Positions 52,686 through 63,465 are shown, numbered from the stretch's first letter. The stretch: 64,000 nt of DNA from an uncultured Gemmatimonadaceae bacterium (GCA_963829055.1 CAWHHI010000003.1:352001-416000); one strand, 5' to 3'. Made by a program: numbers and translations. Notes: generated from the letters alone by a model not told the origin.

Positions 52686-54410
52686 TCATCCCAACAACGA
52701 ATGCGCCCGCGCCCGTACCCGCGTGTACGGTGAGGAATCCTTCTCGCGCGCGTCGCCCGGCTGACCACCCGCCACGGCGGCCTGCAGCGTCACCACGAAG
52801 CTCGCACCGCCGCCCGGGGCGTCATGTACGGTCACGGTGCCACCCTGCGCAGTGACGAGCTCACGCACGACAGCCAGCCCGATGCCGTTGCCGGAAATTC
52901 CCGCTTCCACCGCGTGATCGAGGCGGCGGAACGGCTCCCAGATGCGTGCCTTGTCACGGGTGGGAATGCCCGTCCCCTGATCGTCGACCCACACCTGTAC
53001 GCGGCCGTCGGCAGCCACGCGCGTTCCGGCGGTGATCGTCTGTCCGGCAGGTCCGTACTTCACCGCGTTGTCCAACAGATTGAGCAACACCTGACGCAGC
53101 GCGTCACGATCGCCAAGCGCGACGACGTCACCGCCGTGCGCCGTGCGCACCGTCGCGCCCCGCGCGGCAGCGAGCGGCGCGAAGCTCTCGACGACCTCGT
53201 CGACCAACACCGTCAGGTCGAGCGACTCCAGCGACACCCGCGGCGCCAGTCGCTCGGCCCGGGAGAATTGCAGGATGTTCTCGACCAGATGCGAGAGCCG
53301 CCGCGCCTCCTGGTCGATGATCGCCACCGACCGCTGGCGCTCGTCGTCACTCCGTACCCAGCCGAGTCGCAGCATCTCGGCGAACATGCGGATCTGCGCG
53401 AGTGGCGTCCGCAACTCGTGCGACACGCCCGACACCAGCTCGCTCTTGACCCGTGCCAGTTGCCGCTCGCGGTGTAGCTGCAACAACGAGACGATGACGA
53501 GCCCCGCGCTGAGCGTGATGAGCGCGAGCACGAATTGCGACCGGTTCCACGTCCAGTTGCCGATGGCCACCCGCGACGCGAACGCCGGCCGCATGGCCAC
53601 GCGCACGGCGAAGCCCGTGAACGCGCCGGTCATGCCTAACGTCGCAGCCGGCCGCAACGCCTTCGTGACCCCCGAGCGGAACACGAGGCGATCGCCGGCG
53701 CCGGTAACGCTCAGCGCGAGCGCGGAGTCCACGGGCATCGCGGTCGATGCCGTCGGGGGAAGCAGCGCGCGCGATGCGAGCACCGCCGGGAATACGGCGC
53801 GGCCCGCGGACGCGACGTCGAACGCATACCCGTACGCGTTCCGCGGCGCGCCCGTGCTATCCATCTCAGCACCGCCGGCGAGCATGTAGGCGATCGCCAT
53901 CGTTCCGTCACCGGGCAGGCGCGCGATGACCGGGTCGCCGATCACTGCGCCCTCGGCGATGCCAGCGCGGATTCTTCCGAGTACCACCTCGCCAGTGTTC
54001 CCCGCCGGCGGTTCTGGCATCTCGTCCCCCACGGCCCCGATTACCACGTTTCCGCCCGCGATGTCCACGGCGAACGTGAAGCGAACGTCGGGTACCGCCA
54101 CGCATCCGCAGCGACGCGCGCTACGAATACCCTCGGCAACGAGGAGGGACGGTGCCGTCGCCGTGGTGTGTCCGGCCGCGAAGGAAACGGTTGGCGCGAG
54201 AACGCGCCGAGCGGCGCGCTCCAGTTCCGCGTTGGCCTCCCGCGCGAACGTCCACGCCGCGAACCGCGCATGTGAGAGCAGCGCCCGCTGCGCCGCGGAC
54301 TCCTGCGCACACACGGCGTAGTAGACCTGATAGGCGGCGACCGACGCGGCGGTGAACGTGCACACCACGACCGCTATCGTCGCCCGCGACCGGCGGATGC
54401 CTGCAAGCAC
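52686..54410 (-). CDS. Membrane sensor histidine kinase
   Basis: Two TM segments, VSHELRTPL, NLLDNAVKY, DQGTGI, GNGIGL. Confidence 0.9.
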   Translation of the reverse strand: MLAGIRRSRATIAVVVCTFTAASVAAYQVYYAVCAQESAAQRALLSHARFAAWTFAREANAELERAARRVLAPTVSFAAGHTTATAPSLLVAEGIRSARRCGCVAVPDVRFTFAVDIAGGNVVIGAVGDEMPEPPAGNTGEVVLGRIRAGIAEGAVIGDPVIARLPGDGTMAIAYMLAGGAEMDSTGAPRNAYGYAFDVASAGRAVFPAVLASRALLPPTASTAMPVDSALALSVTGAGDRLVFRSGVTKALRPAATLGMTGAFTGFAVRVAMRPAFASRVAIGNWTWNRSQFVLALITLSAGLVIVSLLQLHRERQLARVKSELVSGVSHELRTPLAQIRMFAEMLRLGWVRSDDERQRSVAIIDQEARRLSHLVENILQFSRAERLAPRVSLESLDLTVLVDEVVESFAPLAAARGATVRTAHGGDVVALGDRDALRQVLLNLLDNAVKYGPAGQTITAGTRVAADGRVQVWVDDQGTGIPTRDKARIWEPFRRLDHAVEAGISGNGIGLAVVRELVTAQGGTVTVHDAPGGGASFVVTLQAAVAGGQPGDAREKDSSPYTRVRARAHSLLG

Positions 54411-54513
54411 AGGGCGAGTGGTTGAGGTCCGGACGCCTCCGCGACGTCACCGCCGCCTGGCGCCCCGATCGGCAATGTACAGCGAGTTACGGCTGGATGC
54501 GGACTACCACGGA

Positions 54514-56772
54514 CTACATGCGCACCCGGTGACGGGGGATGGCGTCGTGGGGAACCGCGATCATGGAGGCCCGCGGCGTCACCGACGGCCCGCCATCGAC
54601 CACGACCGGCGCCTCGATCGGTAAGGTAAGTGTGAAGATCGACCCGCGGCCAACATCGCTTCGCGCCGTGAGGTCACCGTTCATCGCGCGAGCGAGATGG
54701 CGACTGATCGCGAGACCGAGCCCGGTGCCTTCCGTCGTACGCGTCAGGTCCATCTCCACGCGGGTGAACGGCTCGAAGATCGACTCGAGCTTCTCGGGCG
54801 GAATGCCGTGCCCGGTGTCGCTCACGCGGACCTCCACGTGGCCGTCCCGGAGATCGCTCGCCAGCCCAACCCGACCGCCCGGCGCCGTGTACTTGATCGC
54901 GTTCGAGAGCAGGTTGAGCACGATCTGCTCCACCCGCGCACGGTTGCTGTAGGCCATGAGCTCGACGGCGGCGGGGTTGTAGATGTACGTGAGGTTCCGC
55001 GCCCTGAGCTGCGGCGCGATCAGCGCCTCGAGACTGCCTAACGTCTCGTGCACCGGCATCGGACCGAGGTCGATGTCGGCGGGCACGCCGTGCTCGAGCC
55101 GCGAGAGATCCAGCAGGTCCTCGATGATCCCGAGGAGATGGCGCTGGCTGCGACGGATGCGCCCGAGCTGCTCGCGCTGCATGTCGCTCACCGGTCCGCT
55201 GATGCCGAGCTCCAGCAGCTCCGTGTATCCCGCAATGGCGTTGAGCGGCGTCCGCAGCTCGTGCGACATCATCGCCAGAAACTCCGTCTTCGCACGATTC
55301 GCCGCCTCGGCGTCCGCGCGCGCCGATTGCTCGGCCGCGAAGAGCCGCGCGCGTTCGAGCGCCTGCGCGCACTGCTGGCCGAGCGTGCGGGTAAACGTGA
55401 CATCGTTCTCGTCGAACCCGCGACTGCTGTTGAAGCTGAAGCTCAGCGACCCGAGCGGCTTCCCGTCGACGACCATTGGGGTCACGATCATCGCGCGCAC
55501 GTTCACGCGCTCGAGGACGCTGGAGAGATCCGGATATCGGCTGGCGATCTCGGCGGATGACGCGAGCAACACCGGCTCGGTGCCGCGTACCGCATCGGCG
55601 AGCGGCACGCGGCTGGTCACCGGAAAGCGACGCCACGCGTCGGCGACGTCGGCTGGCAATCCGCTTACCGCCATGAGATCGAGCATCACCGCGTCCGGCG
55701 TCAGCACCGCGATCTCGCTCCCCGTCGCGCCGAGCGCCGGGAGGCCTTCGGATACGATCACGCGCGCGACCGCGATAGGCGTCAACGCACTCGAGAGCGC
55801 CTCTGCCGTGCGCCGCAGACGACCTGCGCGATCGGCGGCACGCTCCGCCACCGCCCGCGCCGACTCGGCGCGCACCAGCAATTCGTTGCGCTCGGCGTCG
55901 GTCTTTCGTACCACCGAAGCCGCACGCATGACGAGCAGGAGGAATGTGATCACGACCGCGCCGACGAACGCGCTGACGCCGCCCTCGCGACTTACCCAGT
56001 TCGTGTCGCTCGCGAGCAGCCATAACGCGCCCAATCCGATCGGCACAATGAGCGCGGCAGGAATGAGGCGCCTCACCATCGCACCGCTTGGATCGGCGAC
56101 TGCGATGTACGAGACAGCGCCCTGGCTCGGCCGAACGAACAGGATCCCGACGCTCAGAATGCAGAGCATGATGGCCGTGAGCAGCGCCATGCCCGTTCGC
56201 GGCCCGAAGCTGTACAACCCGCGCACGCCGTACATGTAGCCCACGATCGCGATGAACGCGATCACCGCGCCGACCGCACTCAGCCCTTCCGACGGTCGGC
56301 GGTCCCGCTCGGTCTTCACATCCAGGAGGAGCAGCGCCAGCCCGTCGACCATCATCACGACCGCCGAGTTGATCGCCGGACGTCCCGGTGATGTCCCCTC
56401 CCATCCCTTCACGCTGTTTCCGAACAGCAGCAGATCAATGCCGAGGTCGACAGTGAGTGCGCGCTCGATCACGAACAGAGTACCTAACACCGTGAGCGCG
56501 GCTGCGAGCCAAAGTGTCACGGTGTTGAACCGCGCGTCCCGCTCGGCGCGAACAGCGGTCAGGACCGCCAGGCCGCCCAGAATGGCGGCGACGGCGGTAT
56601 TGGGGATCGTCGGGATCAGCCCGGGAATGATCGTCCGGAGCGCGTCGATGTCGCGCCACCAGCCGATCAGCACGAGAACGCCGATGACCGCCGACAACAG
56701 GCCGGCGACGATCGATACCAGTTCGAAGGCGGCGACCGCGCGTAACGGACGCTGTGCTGGCACTGATTTCAT
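54514..56772 (-). CDS. Multi-TM GAF-domain sensor histidine kinase
   Basis: Several TM helices, GAF (QQCAQALERARL), MSHELRTPLNAI, NLLSNAIKYT, GTGLGL. Confidence 0.9.
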   Translation of the reverse strand: MKSVPAQRPLRAVAAFELVSIVAGLLSAVIGVLVLIGWWRDIDALRTIIPGLIPTIPNTAVAAILGGLAVLTAVRAERDARFNTVTLWLAAALTVLGTLFVIERALTVDLGIDLLLFGNSVKGWEGTSPGRPAINSAVVMMVDGLALLLLDVKTERDRRPSEGLSAVGAVIAFIAIVGYMYGVRGLYSFGPRTGMALLTAIMLCILSVGILFVRPSQGAVSYIAVADPSGAMVRRLIPAALIVPIGLGALWLLASDTNWVSREGGVSAFVGAVVITFLLLVMRAASVVRKTDAERNELLVRAESARAVAERAADRAGRLRRTAEALSSALTPIAVARVIVSEGLPALGATGSEIAVLTPDAVMLDLMAVSGLPADVADAWRRFPVTSRVPLADAVRGTEPVLLASSAEIASRYPDLSSVLERVNVRAMIVTPMVVDGKPLGSLSFSFNSSRGFDENDVTFTRTLGQQCAQALERARLFAAEQSARADAEAANRAKTEFLAMMSHELRTPLNAIAGYTELLELGISGPVSDMQREQLGRIRRSQRHLLGIIEDLLDLSRLEHGVPADIDLGPMPVHETLGSLEALIAPQLRARNLTYIYNPAAVELMAYSNRARVEQIVLNLLSNAIKYTAPGGRVGLASDLRDGHVEVRVSDTGHGIPPEKLESIFEPFTRVEMDLTRTTEGTGLGLAISRHLARAMNGDLTARSDVGRGSIFTLTLPIEAPVVVDGGPSVTPRASMIAVPHDAIPRHRVRM

Positions 56773-57386
56773 GAGCGGCCGAGCTCTTCCCCATGCCGAG
56801 AGCGGACGCCTCGGTCTGCCAACAGTCGTCACATCGGTGAGAGCGCGCAAGGCACGTAACCGGGAGCCCAATGTTTGCGGACCCCGTGTGCGATAAGCGT
56901 GACACTGCGCACACTGCGATTGTCACGGATCGCATGATTCTTTGGTAAAACGCTTCACCGTCGGTCGGCGTCACACATCACAACACATCACAGGGCGCGG
57001 CAAACCAGTTTTCCGCCCCAGTCGGGCGAGAGTGGACTGATGGGCATCACGTTCCACCCTGACTTTGCACTGCGGCGAGCAGCGCGGTCGATCACGGCGT
57101 GGTGAGCGGAATCCCTGCATCCCAACGTTGATTCTGCGCGGATCGGATCCGGGCTTTCGTCGCGGGTCGGCTCGCTGCAGCACGTCGGGTCATCGATAGG
57201 TCGATTTACCCACGCGCCGCAGTCGGTGTCGTCGCGATCATAGTCATAGATCGCGGCCGGTCTCGGGGAGCTCCCGACACTCCGCGCGCCAGTCCACCGC
57301 ACGAACTCCTCACAAGCCGCGGCTGACTTCCGTTCGAACGCTGAGTCACCCGCTGCAAATCGTCGGACGCCAATCGGAGCCTCGTC

Positions 57387-58335
57387 ATGAGTCACGCTCT
57401 TTCCCATCGCGCGCACGCTGCCTCGCGCCGCGGTATCGCTATCGTCGCCGTCGCCGCTCTGTCCCTGCCAATTCACACCGTCTCGGCCCAATTCGGTGGG
57501 CTCGTGAAGAAGGCCCGCGACAAGGCCGTCGAGCAGCAGATCGAGAAGCGCGTCCCTGGCGCGTCCGCGTCGAATCCCGGTGCGCCTCCAAAGTTCGATG
57601 ACGTAACCGTCGAGCTCACGGCCGATCGCGTCGGACAGATTCTTCGCGGTTTCGCGGCCGGCCGCGCGATTCTCGACGGCACGAATGGCGGCGCGAGCCG
57701 CGCATCACTCGTCGCCCGCCGCGATGAGGCAAGCCGCAAGCGAGAGGCACTCAACGACGCGAACATGAAGGCGTTCAACGCCTACACCAACAAGCGCGAC
57801 GAGAGCCAGCGCTGCCGCAGCGACGCCATGTACAAGTCGCGCGAACAGCGTCAGAAAGGTGAGGAAGAACGAAACAAGCAGATGGCGTCTAAAGCGATGA
57901 ACGACCCGGCGTTCCGCGACAAGGCGATTAGCCATCGGTCAGAAGATGGCTGCCGCGCAACAGCGCGGTGACACGGCGGAACTCCGTCGCCTCGGCGCGG
58001 AGTTGGGGATTGAGCAGTACGATCCGAAGCCGGATACGCTCGCTGCCGACAAGGCGTGCGGACGCGAGCCCGCCAAGCCCGCGGCCATGGTGGAGGTGGA
58101 GCAGCTCGACGCGCAGATGAACACGCTGAGCGATCAGATCCGCCAGCTCGAGGAGAAGTCGGCCGCGACTGAACAGAAAGAGAGTGGGCTCAACGAGCGC
58201 CAGTTCTTCATGGCCCGCGAGCGCATCGAGGCGTACCTCTCCGCGATGAAGTACAAGTCGCAGCCGCGTGGCTTCAGCGGTCCGGAGCTCGAGGCGTTAG
58301 GCGCCCGGCGTGCCGATCTCGAGAAGGTGATGTAA
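57387..58335 (+). CDS. Secreted helical hypothetical protein, frameshifted near 57935
   Basis: Signal peptide then AQFGGLVKKARDK; coiled-coil-like; two ORF halves. Confidence 0.65.
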
Positions 58336-59316
58336 TGCCCTTCGGGGCCGTGTACCGAGCCACTCGCGTTGCGGCGATCGCCCTCGTGGCCGTCGCCGCA
58401 ACGCCGCCGCGGACGGAGCCAGGTCTCCTGTCCCGCGGCGGGCTCCACGTCTTCGCTCCCACCCTCGGCGCTCTCGGTGTGGACCGGACGCGCCTGGCGT
58501 GAGTGGTGGCGCTCGGATGCGGCTCCGGATCGATGGACCGCGCCGCATAACGCGATCGCTGACGCCATTCAGTGGAAGCGGGCGGCCGACGGCGTCGAGT
58601 GGGGAGAGCTCCGCCTCGCCGGCGCCGGAGAGGCCCGCCGTCTCCGCGCAGTCGCGGTGCGCATTGACCCGCACCTGGTGCGGCTCCGCCTCGACACCGC
58701 GTTCACTGCGGGCGGCGAGCGCGCCGCCTGGACGGTCGAGGGCGCGCGCGCCGATGCGATTGTCGCCGTGAACGTCGGTCAGTTCATCCGGACGCTGCCG
58801 TGGGGCTGGGTCGTGCTTGACGGGCGGGAGTTCCTCGCGCCCGGCCGCGGCCCGCTGTCCACCGCGGTCGTTGTCGACTCGTCAGGCGGCGTTCGCTGGA
58901 TCGGCCCGGACGGGCTCGCGGATCCAGCCGTTAGGCGCGGCGTCGCCGCGGCGTTCCAATCGTACCCGACGCTGCTCACGGCCAACGGCGACGTGCCGGA
59001 CGCGCTCCGATCCCCCGGACGCGGCATCGATGTCGAGCACCGGGACGCGCGACTCGGCATTGGCGCCCTCGCCGACGGACGCCTGCTCATCGTCCTCACC
59101 CGCTTCGATGCGTTCGGCGAATCGTTAGGCTCGATCCCGTTCGGCCCGACGATCCCCGAATTCGCGGCCCTGATGGGCGCCCTCGGCGCCCGACAAGCCG
59201 TGGCGCTCGACGGCGGCATCTCCGGCCAGATGCTGGTGCGCGAACAGAATGGCACCACTCACGCCTGGCGCGGCATGCGCCGCGTCCCGATGGCGCTGGT
59301 CGCGCTCCCCCGCTGA
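58335..59316 (+). CDS. Phosphodiester glycosidase (NAGPA/DUF2233) family protein, frameshift near 58430
   Basis: AVNVGQF, FQSYPTLL, HRDARLGIG, LGARQAVALDGGISGQM. Confidence 0.78.
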
Positions 59317-59322
59317 GTCCTT

Positions 59323-59448
59323 CGTCGTGTCGTCGTGTCGTCGTGTCGTCGTGTCGTCGTGTCGTCGTGTCGCCGTGTCGCCGTGTCGCCGTGTCGCTGA
59401 TGGCTGATGGCTGATGGCTGATGGCTGATGGCTGATGGCTGATGGCTG
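59323..59448. repeat. Compound tandem array: (CGYCGTGT)x9 followed by (GCTGATG)x7
   Basis: Directly visible between convergent stop codons. Confidence 0.95.
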
Positions 59449-59452
59449 TTTC

Positions 59453-60812
59453 CTAGTACTTCAGCAGATAGTTGTCCACTTCCCAGCGAGTGACTTGTGT
59501 GATGTAATCGCGCCACTCCTGCCGCTTCGCCTCGATGAAGTTCGTCGCGATGTGCGGGCCTAACGCGGCAGTGATCACGTCGTCCTTCTCCAGCTCGTCC
59601 AGCGCCTCGTTCAGGTCGTGCGGGAGATCGTCGATCCGCAGCCGCCGCTTCTCGCGGAAGCTCATATCCCAGATGTTCGTGTTCACCGGCTCACGGTGGT
59701 CCGCCGCCGTCTCCACCCCGTCGATCCCCGCCGCCAGCATCACCGCGAGCGCCAGATAGGGATTCGCCGCCGGGTCGGGCATCCGCAGCTCGACTCGCGT
59801 GCCGAGTCCGCGCCGGTCCGGCACGCGGATGAGCGGCGACCGGTTCCGCATCGACCACGCGACGTTCACCGGCGCCTCGTACCCCGGCACCAACCGCTTG
59901 TACGAGTTCACGAGCGGATTCGTCACCGCGCACATGCCGCGCGCGTGACGCAGAAGCCCGCCGATGTAGTGCAGCGCCACGGGTGACAGCTGCCACTCGG
60001 CTTGTGGCTCCCAGAACGCGTTCTGGTCTCCACGGAAGAGCGACTGGTGCGTGTGCATCCCGCTGCCGTTCTGTCCGAAGATCGGCTTCGGCATGAACGA
60101 CGCGACGCAGCCCGAACTGCCGCGCCACGTGCTTCACCACGAACCGGAACGTCGCGATGTTGTCCGCCGTCTTGAGCGCGTCGGCGTACCGGAAGTCGAT
60201 CTCGTGCTGGCCGTGTGCGACCTCGTGGTGCGCCGCCTCGACCTCGAAGCCCATCTGCTCGAGAACGTCCACCATCGCCCGCCGCGCATCCTCGCCGAGA
60301 TCTGCCGGCGCGAGGTCGAAATAGCCGCCGACGTCGTTGGTGATCGTCGCCGCCTCGCCCTCGGCACCTGGCTTGAACATGAAGAACTCGGCTTCCATCC
60401 CCGCGTTCATCGTGTAGCCCATCTCCGAGGCACGCGCGATCTGCCGCTTGAGCGCCGCCCGTGGGTCACCGTCGAACGGCTGCCCGTCCGGCCGGTTGAT
60501 GTCACAGATGACCCGCGCGACGCGATTCTCGGCGTCACCCCACGGGAACAGCTGAAACGTCGAGAGGTCGGGCGCGAGCAACATGTCCGACTCCTCGATG
60601 CGCACGAACCCTTCGATCGACGACCCATCGAACATGATGTCCCCGTCGAGCGCCTTCTCGAACTGCGACGCGGGCAGCTCGACGTTCTTGTTCACGCCGA
60701 GAATGTCGGTGAACTGCAGACGAAGGAATCGCACGTTGTTCTCGCGCGCGAGCACGAGGATGTCGGCCTTCGTCGCGCCATTCAGGTCGCGCAGCGGTGA
60801 GCGATGTGTCAA
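59453..60812 (-). CDS. glnA: Glutamine synthetase type I, frameshifted near 60105
   Basis: [73 protein letters not shown]. Confidence 0.95.
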
Positions 60813-61015
60813 CTGGGGACTGGGGACTGGGGACTGGGGACTCGTCTAACGACTCAATACTGAATGACTGACTCAATACTGAATGACTGATGGACTCGTG
60901 ACTGATGACTGACTGATTGTGCGCGCCGCTCTCACAGCGCAAGCCCTCCCAGTCCCCAGTCCCCAGTCCCCAGTTCCCGATTCCCGATTCCCGATTCCCG
61001 ATTCCCGATTCCCGA
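60812..61015. repeat. Inverted heptamer arrays in the glnA / CBS divergent region
   Basis: (ACTGGGG)x4 at 60812-60842; GACTCAATACTGAATGACT x2 at 60851-60888; (CCCAGTY)x4 then (CCCGATT)x5 at 60948-61015. Confidence 0.92.
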
Positions 61016-61065
61016 CAACTGGCCCATCCCTTGCCCCCTGCTCGTCGCTCTACTCCGGGGGATCC

Positions 61066-61509
61066 ATGAAAGCGCGCGAAATCATGTCCAGGAACCCGAC
61101 GTGCGTGACACCAGATACGCCGCTCGTCGACGCAGCACGACTCATGAAAGACGAGAACATCGGCGTGGTCCCTGTTGTCGAGTCGTCAGACTCACGCCGC
61201 CTCGTCGGCGTCCTCACCGACCGCGACATTGCCATCCGCGCTGTCGCTGAAGGTCGAGACGGAGCCACGACGTCCGTCGGCCACGTCATGACATCCGACG
61301 TTCGCACCAGCGCGCCTGACGACTCGGTGAACGACGTGATGGCGCTGATGGGAAGCGAACAGGTTCGGCGTATCCCCATCGTCGACGATCGCGGCGACTT
61401 GGTCGGCATCATCGCGCAGGCCGACATCGTTCTCGAAGGCGAGGACAACAAGAAGGCCGAAGAGACAATCGAGAAGATCTCCGAGCCAAGCGGCAAGCAT
61501 TCACAGTAG
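61066..61509 (+). CDS. CBS domain protein
   Basis: MKAREIMSRNP, GVLTDRDIAIR, QVRRIPIVD, GIIAQADI. Confidence 0.92.
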   Translation: MKAREIMSRNPTCVTPDTPLVDAARLMKDENIGVVPVVESSDSRRLVGVLTDRDIAIRAVAEGRDGATTSVGHVMTSDVRTSAPDDSVNDVMALMGSEQVRRIPIVDDRGDLVGIIAQADIVLEGEDNKKAEETIEKISEPSGKHSQ

Positions 61510-61603
61510 CACAGCGCAGAGTCGCCACGGACGTTCGGACGACGAACCACGACCGGCATTTCGCGCGGTACGAAGTTCGTCGTCCGTCGTTAACTTTGGG
61601 CGC

Positions 61604-62401
61604 ATGTCCTCTGCACCCACCGCCAAAGTCTGCCCGAACTGCTCTGCGGCAACGACCGGCCGCTACTGCGCCGAATGCGGCGCCGCTGTCACCGACGCGA
61701 TCTGCGCCGGATGCCGCTCGCTCCTCTCACCCGGCGCGAAGTTCTGCCACCGCTGCGGCACCGCAGTCGGAACACGACCCGTCGGAACCGCCGAGCCACG
61801 CATCACGGCATCCGCCCTCCCGTGGGCAGTCGCCGCGATCGCGATGCTCGCACTCGTCGCACTCGTCGCCGGACAGCGCTTCGGCGGAACCCGGGTCGCA
61901 TCAGCGCCGGCGCTCCCTTCGGCTGACGGCGGAGCCGGCGCGAGCGCGCCAACCCCCGAAGGCGGCCGCGCACCTGACATCTCCAATCTGTCGCCACGAG
62001 AGCGCGCTGATCGCCTCTACGACCGCGTGATGCGCCTCAGCTCGGAGGGGAAGACCGACAGCGTGCAGTTCTTCTCGCCGATGGCCCTCTCGGTCTACCA
62101 GAGCCTCGGCCCGCTGGATGCGGATCTCCGCTACGACTTCGGCCGGGTCGCCGAGGTTGCTGGCGCCGCCGGCATCGCTCGCGCGCAGGCCGACACCATC
62201 CTCGCTGCGGATTCGACTCACCTCCTGGGTCTCGTGCTCGGCGTCCGCGCCTCGCAGCTCACCGGTGATTCGGCCGCCGCGCGCGGTTTCGCTCGTCGGC
62301 TCCTCGCCGCGGAGCCGACGGAATCCGCGAAGCGACTCCCCGAATACGAACGCCACCAGGGTGACATCCTCGAGGCACTCGCGGAGGCTCGGCGGAAGTA
62401 A
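61604..62401 (+). CDS. Double zinc-ribbon membrane protein
   Basis: CPNC, CAEC, CAGC, CHRC; one TM; helical C-terminal domain. Confidence 0.8.
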   Translation: MSSAPTAKVCPNCSAATTGRYCAECGAAVTDAICAGCRSLLSPGAKFCHRCGTAVGTRPVGTAEPRITASALPWAVAAIAMLALVALVAGQRFGGTRVASAPALPSADGGAGASAPTPEGGRAPDISNLSPRERADRLYDRVMRLSSEGKTDSVQFFSPMALSVYQSLGPLDADLRYDFGRVAEVAGAAGIARAQADTILAADSTHLLGLVLGVRASQLTGDSAAARGFARRLLAAEPTESAKRLPEYERHQGDILEALAEARRK

Positions 62402-62466
62402 TCCGCCTCGCCGCCTTCGCGTCACACCGCCTCACCGAGGCCCTTCTCTCGAATCCGCTTTCCGCA

Positions 62467-63297
62467 ATGAAGATCCACGTCGCCCACAGCCCCGACTCCG
62501 ACGACGCGTTCATGTTCTACGCGCTCGCCGACGGGTTGATCGATACCGAAGGACTCGAATACGTCCACGAGCTCCAGGACATCGAATCGCTCAACCAGCG
62601 CGCCATGCGCGGCGAGCTCGAAGTCACGGCGGTGTCCATACATGCTTACGCGTACCTCAGCGATCGCTACGCCCTGCTCCCGCACGGTGCATCCATGGGT
62701 GATCGCTATGGACCTCGGCTGGTTGGCCGCTCACCGGCGAGTCGCGCCGACGTGAAGGGAAAACGGGTCGCGATCCCGGGACCACTCACCAGCGCGTACC
62801 TCGCCCTCAGGCTCTACGAGCCGGATTTTCACCCTGTCCCGACGCCATTCGACGAGATCGAGGACCGCGTCGCTGATGGGGATGTCGATCTCGGACTCCT
62901 CATCCACGAAGGCCAGCTCACCTTCGCCGAACGCGGGCTTCACCTCGTCGTCGATCTGGGCGAATGGTGGTTCTCTGAGACCGGATTGCCCCTCCCACTC
63001 GGCGGCAACGTTGTGCGGAAGGACCTCGGAGCAGACCTGACGAAGAAGATATCCAAGCACCTTCGAGCCAGCATAGCGTATGGATTGGAACACAGGACGA
63101 AGGCTCTCGATCACGCCATGCAGTATGCACGCGGCCTCGACCGCTCGAAGGCGGACACCTTCGTCGGCATGTACGTCAATGACTGGACGCTCGACTACGG
63201 CCAGCGTGGACGTGATGCGGTACGGTTGTTCTTGGAACGGGGCGTTGCCGCAGGCGTCATCGGCCGCAACGTTACCATCGAGTTCGTAGACGATTGA
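62467..63297 (+). CDS. mqnD: 1,4-dihydroxy-6-naphthoate synthase (futalosine menaquinone pathway)
   Basis: HSPDSDDAFMFYAL, DIESLN, LLIHEGQLT, DLGEWW, LPLPLGGN, GMYVN. Confidence 0.88.
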   Translation: MKIHVAHSPDSDDAFMFYALADGLIDTEGLEYVHELQDIESLNQRAMRGELEVTAVSIHAYAYLSDRYALLPHGASMGDRYGPRLVGRSPASRADVKGKRVAIPGPLTSAYLALRLYEPDFHPVPTPFDEIEDRVADGDVDLGLLIHEGQLTFAERGLHLVVDLGEWWFSETGLPLPLGGNVVRKDLGADLTKKISKHLRASIAYGLEHRTKALDHAMQYARGLDRSKADTFVGMYVNDWTLDYGQRGRDAVRLFLERGVAAGVIGRNVTIEFVDD

Positions 63298-63465
63298 TTC
63301 TGGCTGAGCCCGGTGAGCTTACCATATTGCGGGACACGGTGTTGCGGCCCGACATTCGAGTGAGGGTTGCACGCGGCCGTAATCAGGCGTCACCGCTATG
63401 CGGCCTCAGCGCTCCACTCGTGCGGCCCAGGCCGCTGCTCGTCGTCCCGGCTCGTCGGTAGATCC

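Noticed and set aside
19491..56404. Long alternative-frame or antisense ORFs (e.g. 19491-20873, 33411-35165, 54674-56404)
   Set aside because: Arg/Ala/Pro-rich shadows of real genes, expected at high GC
56985..57045. GGCAAACC resembling a c-di-GMP-I riboswitch
   Set aside because: Following GNRA stem and second hairpin of the aptamer are not present
1..60812. Many split genes as pseudogenes or programmed frameshifts
   Set aside because: Single-base indels hit unrelated genes including glnA, with catalytic motifs intact and no slippery sites evident; best explained by long-read consensus errors (check by polishing)
61536..61586. 12-bp inverted repeat CGGACGACGAAC/GTTCGTCGTCCG
   Set aside because: 27-nt loop and no U-tract; cannot support a terminator or other function
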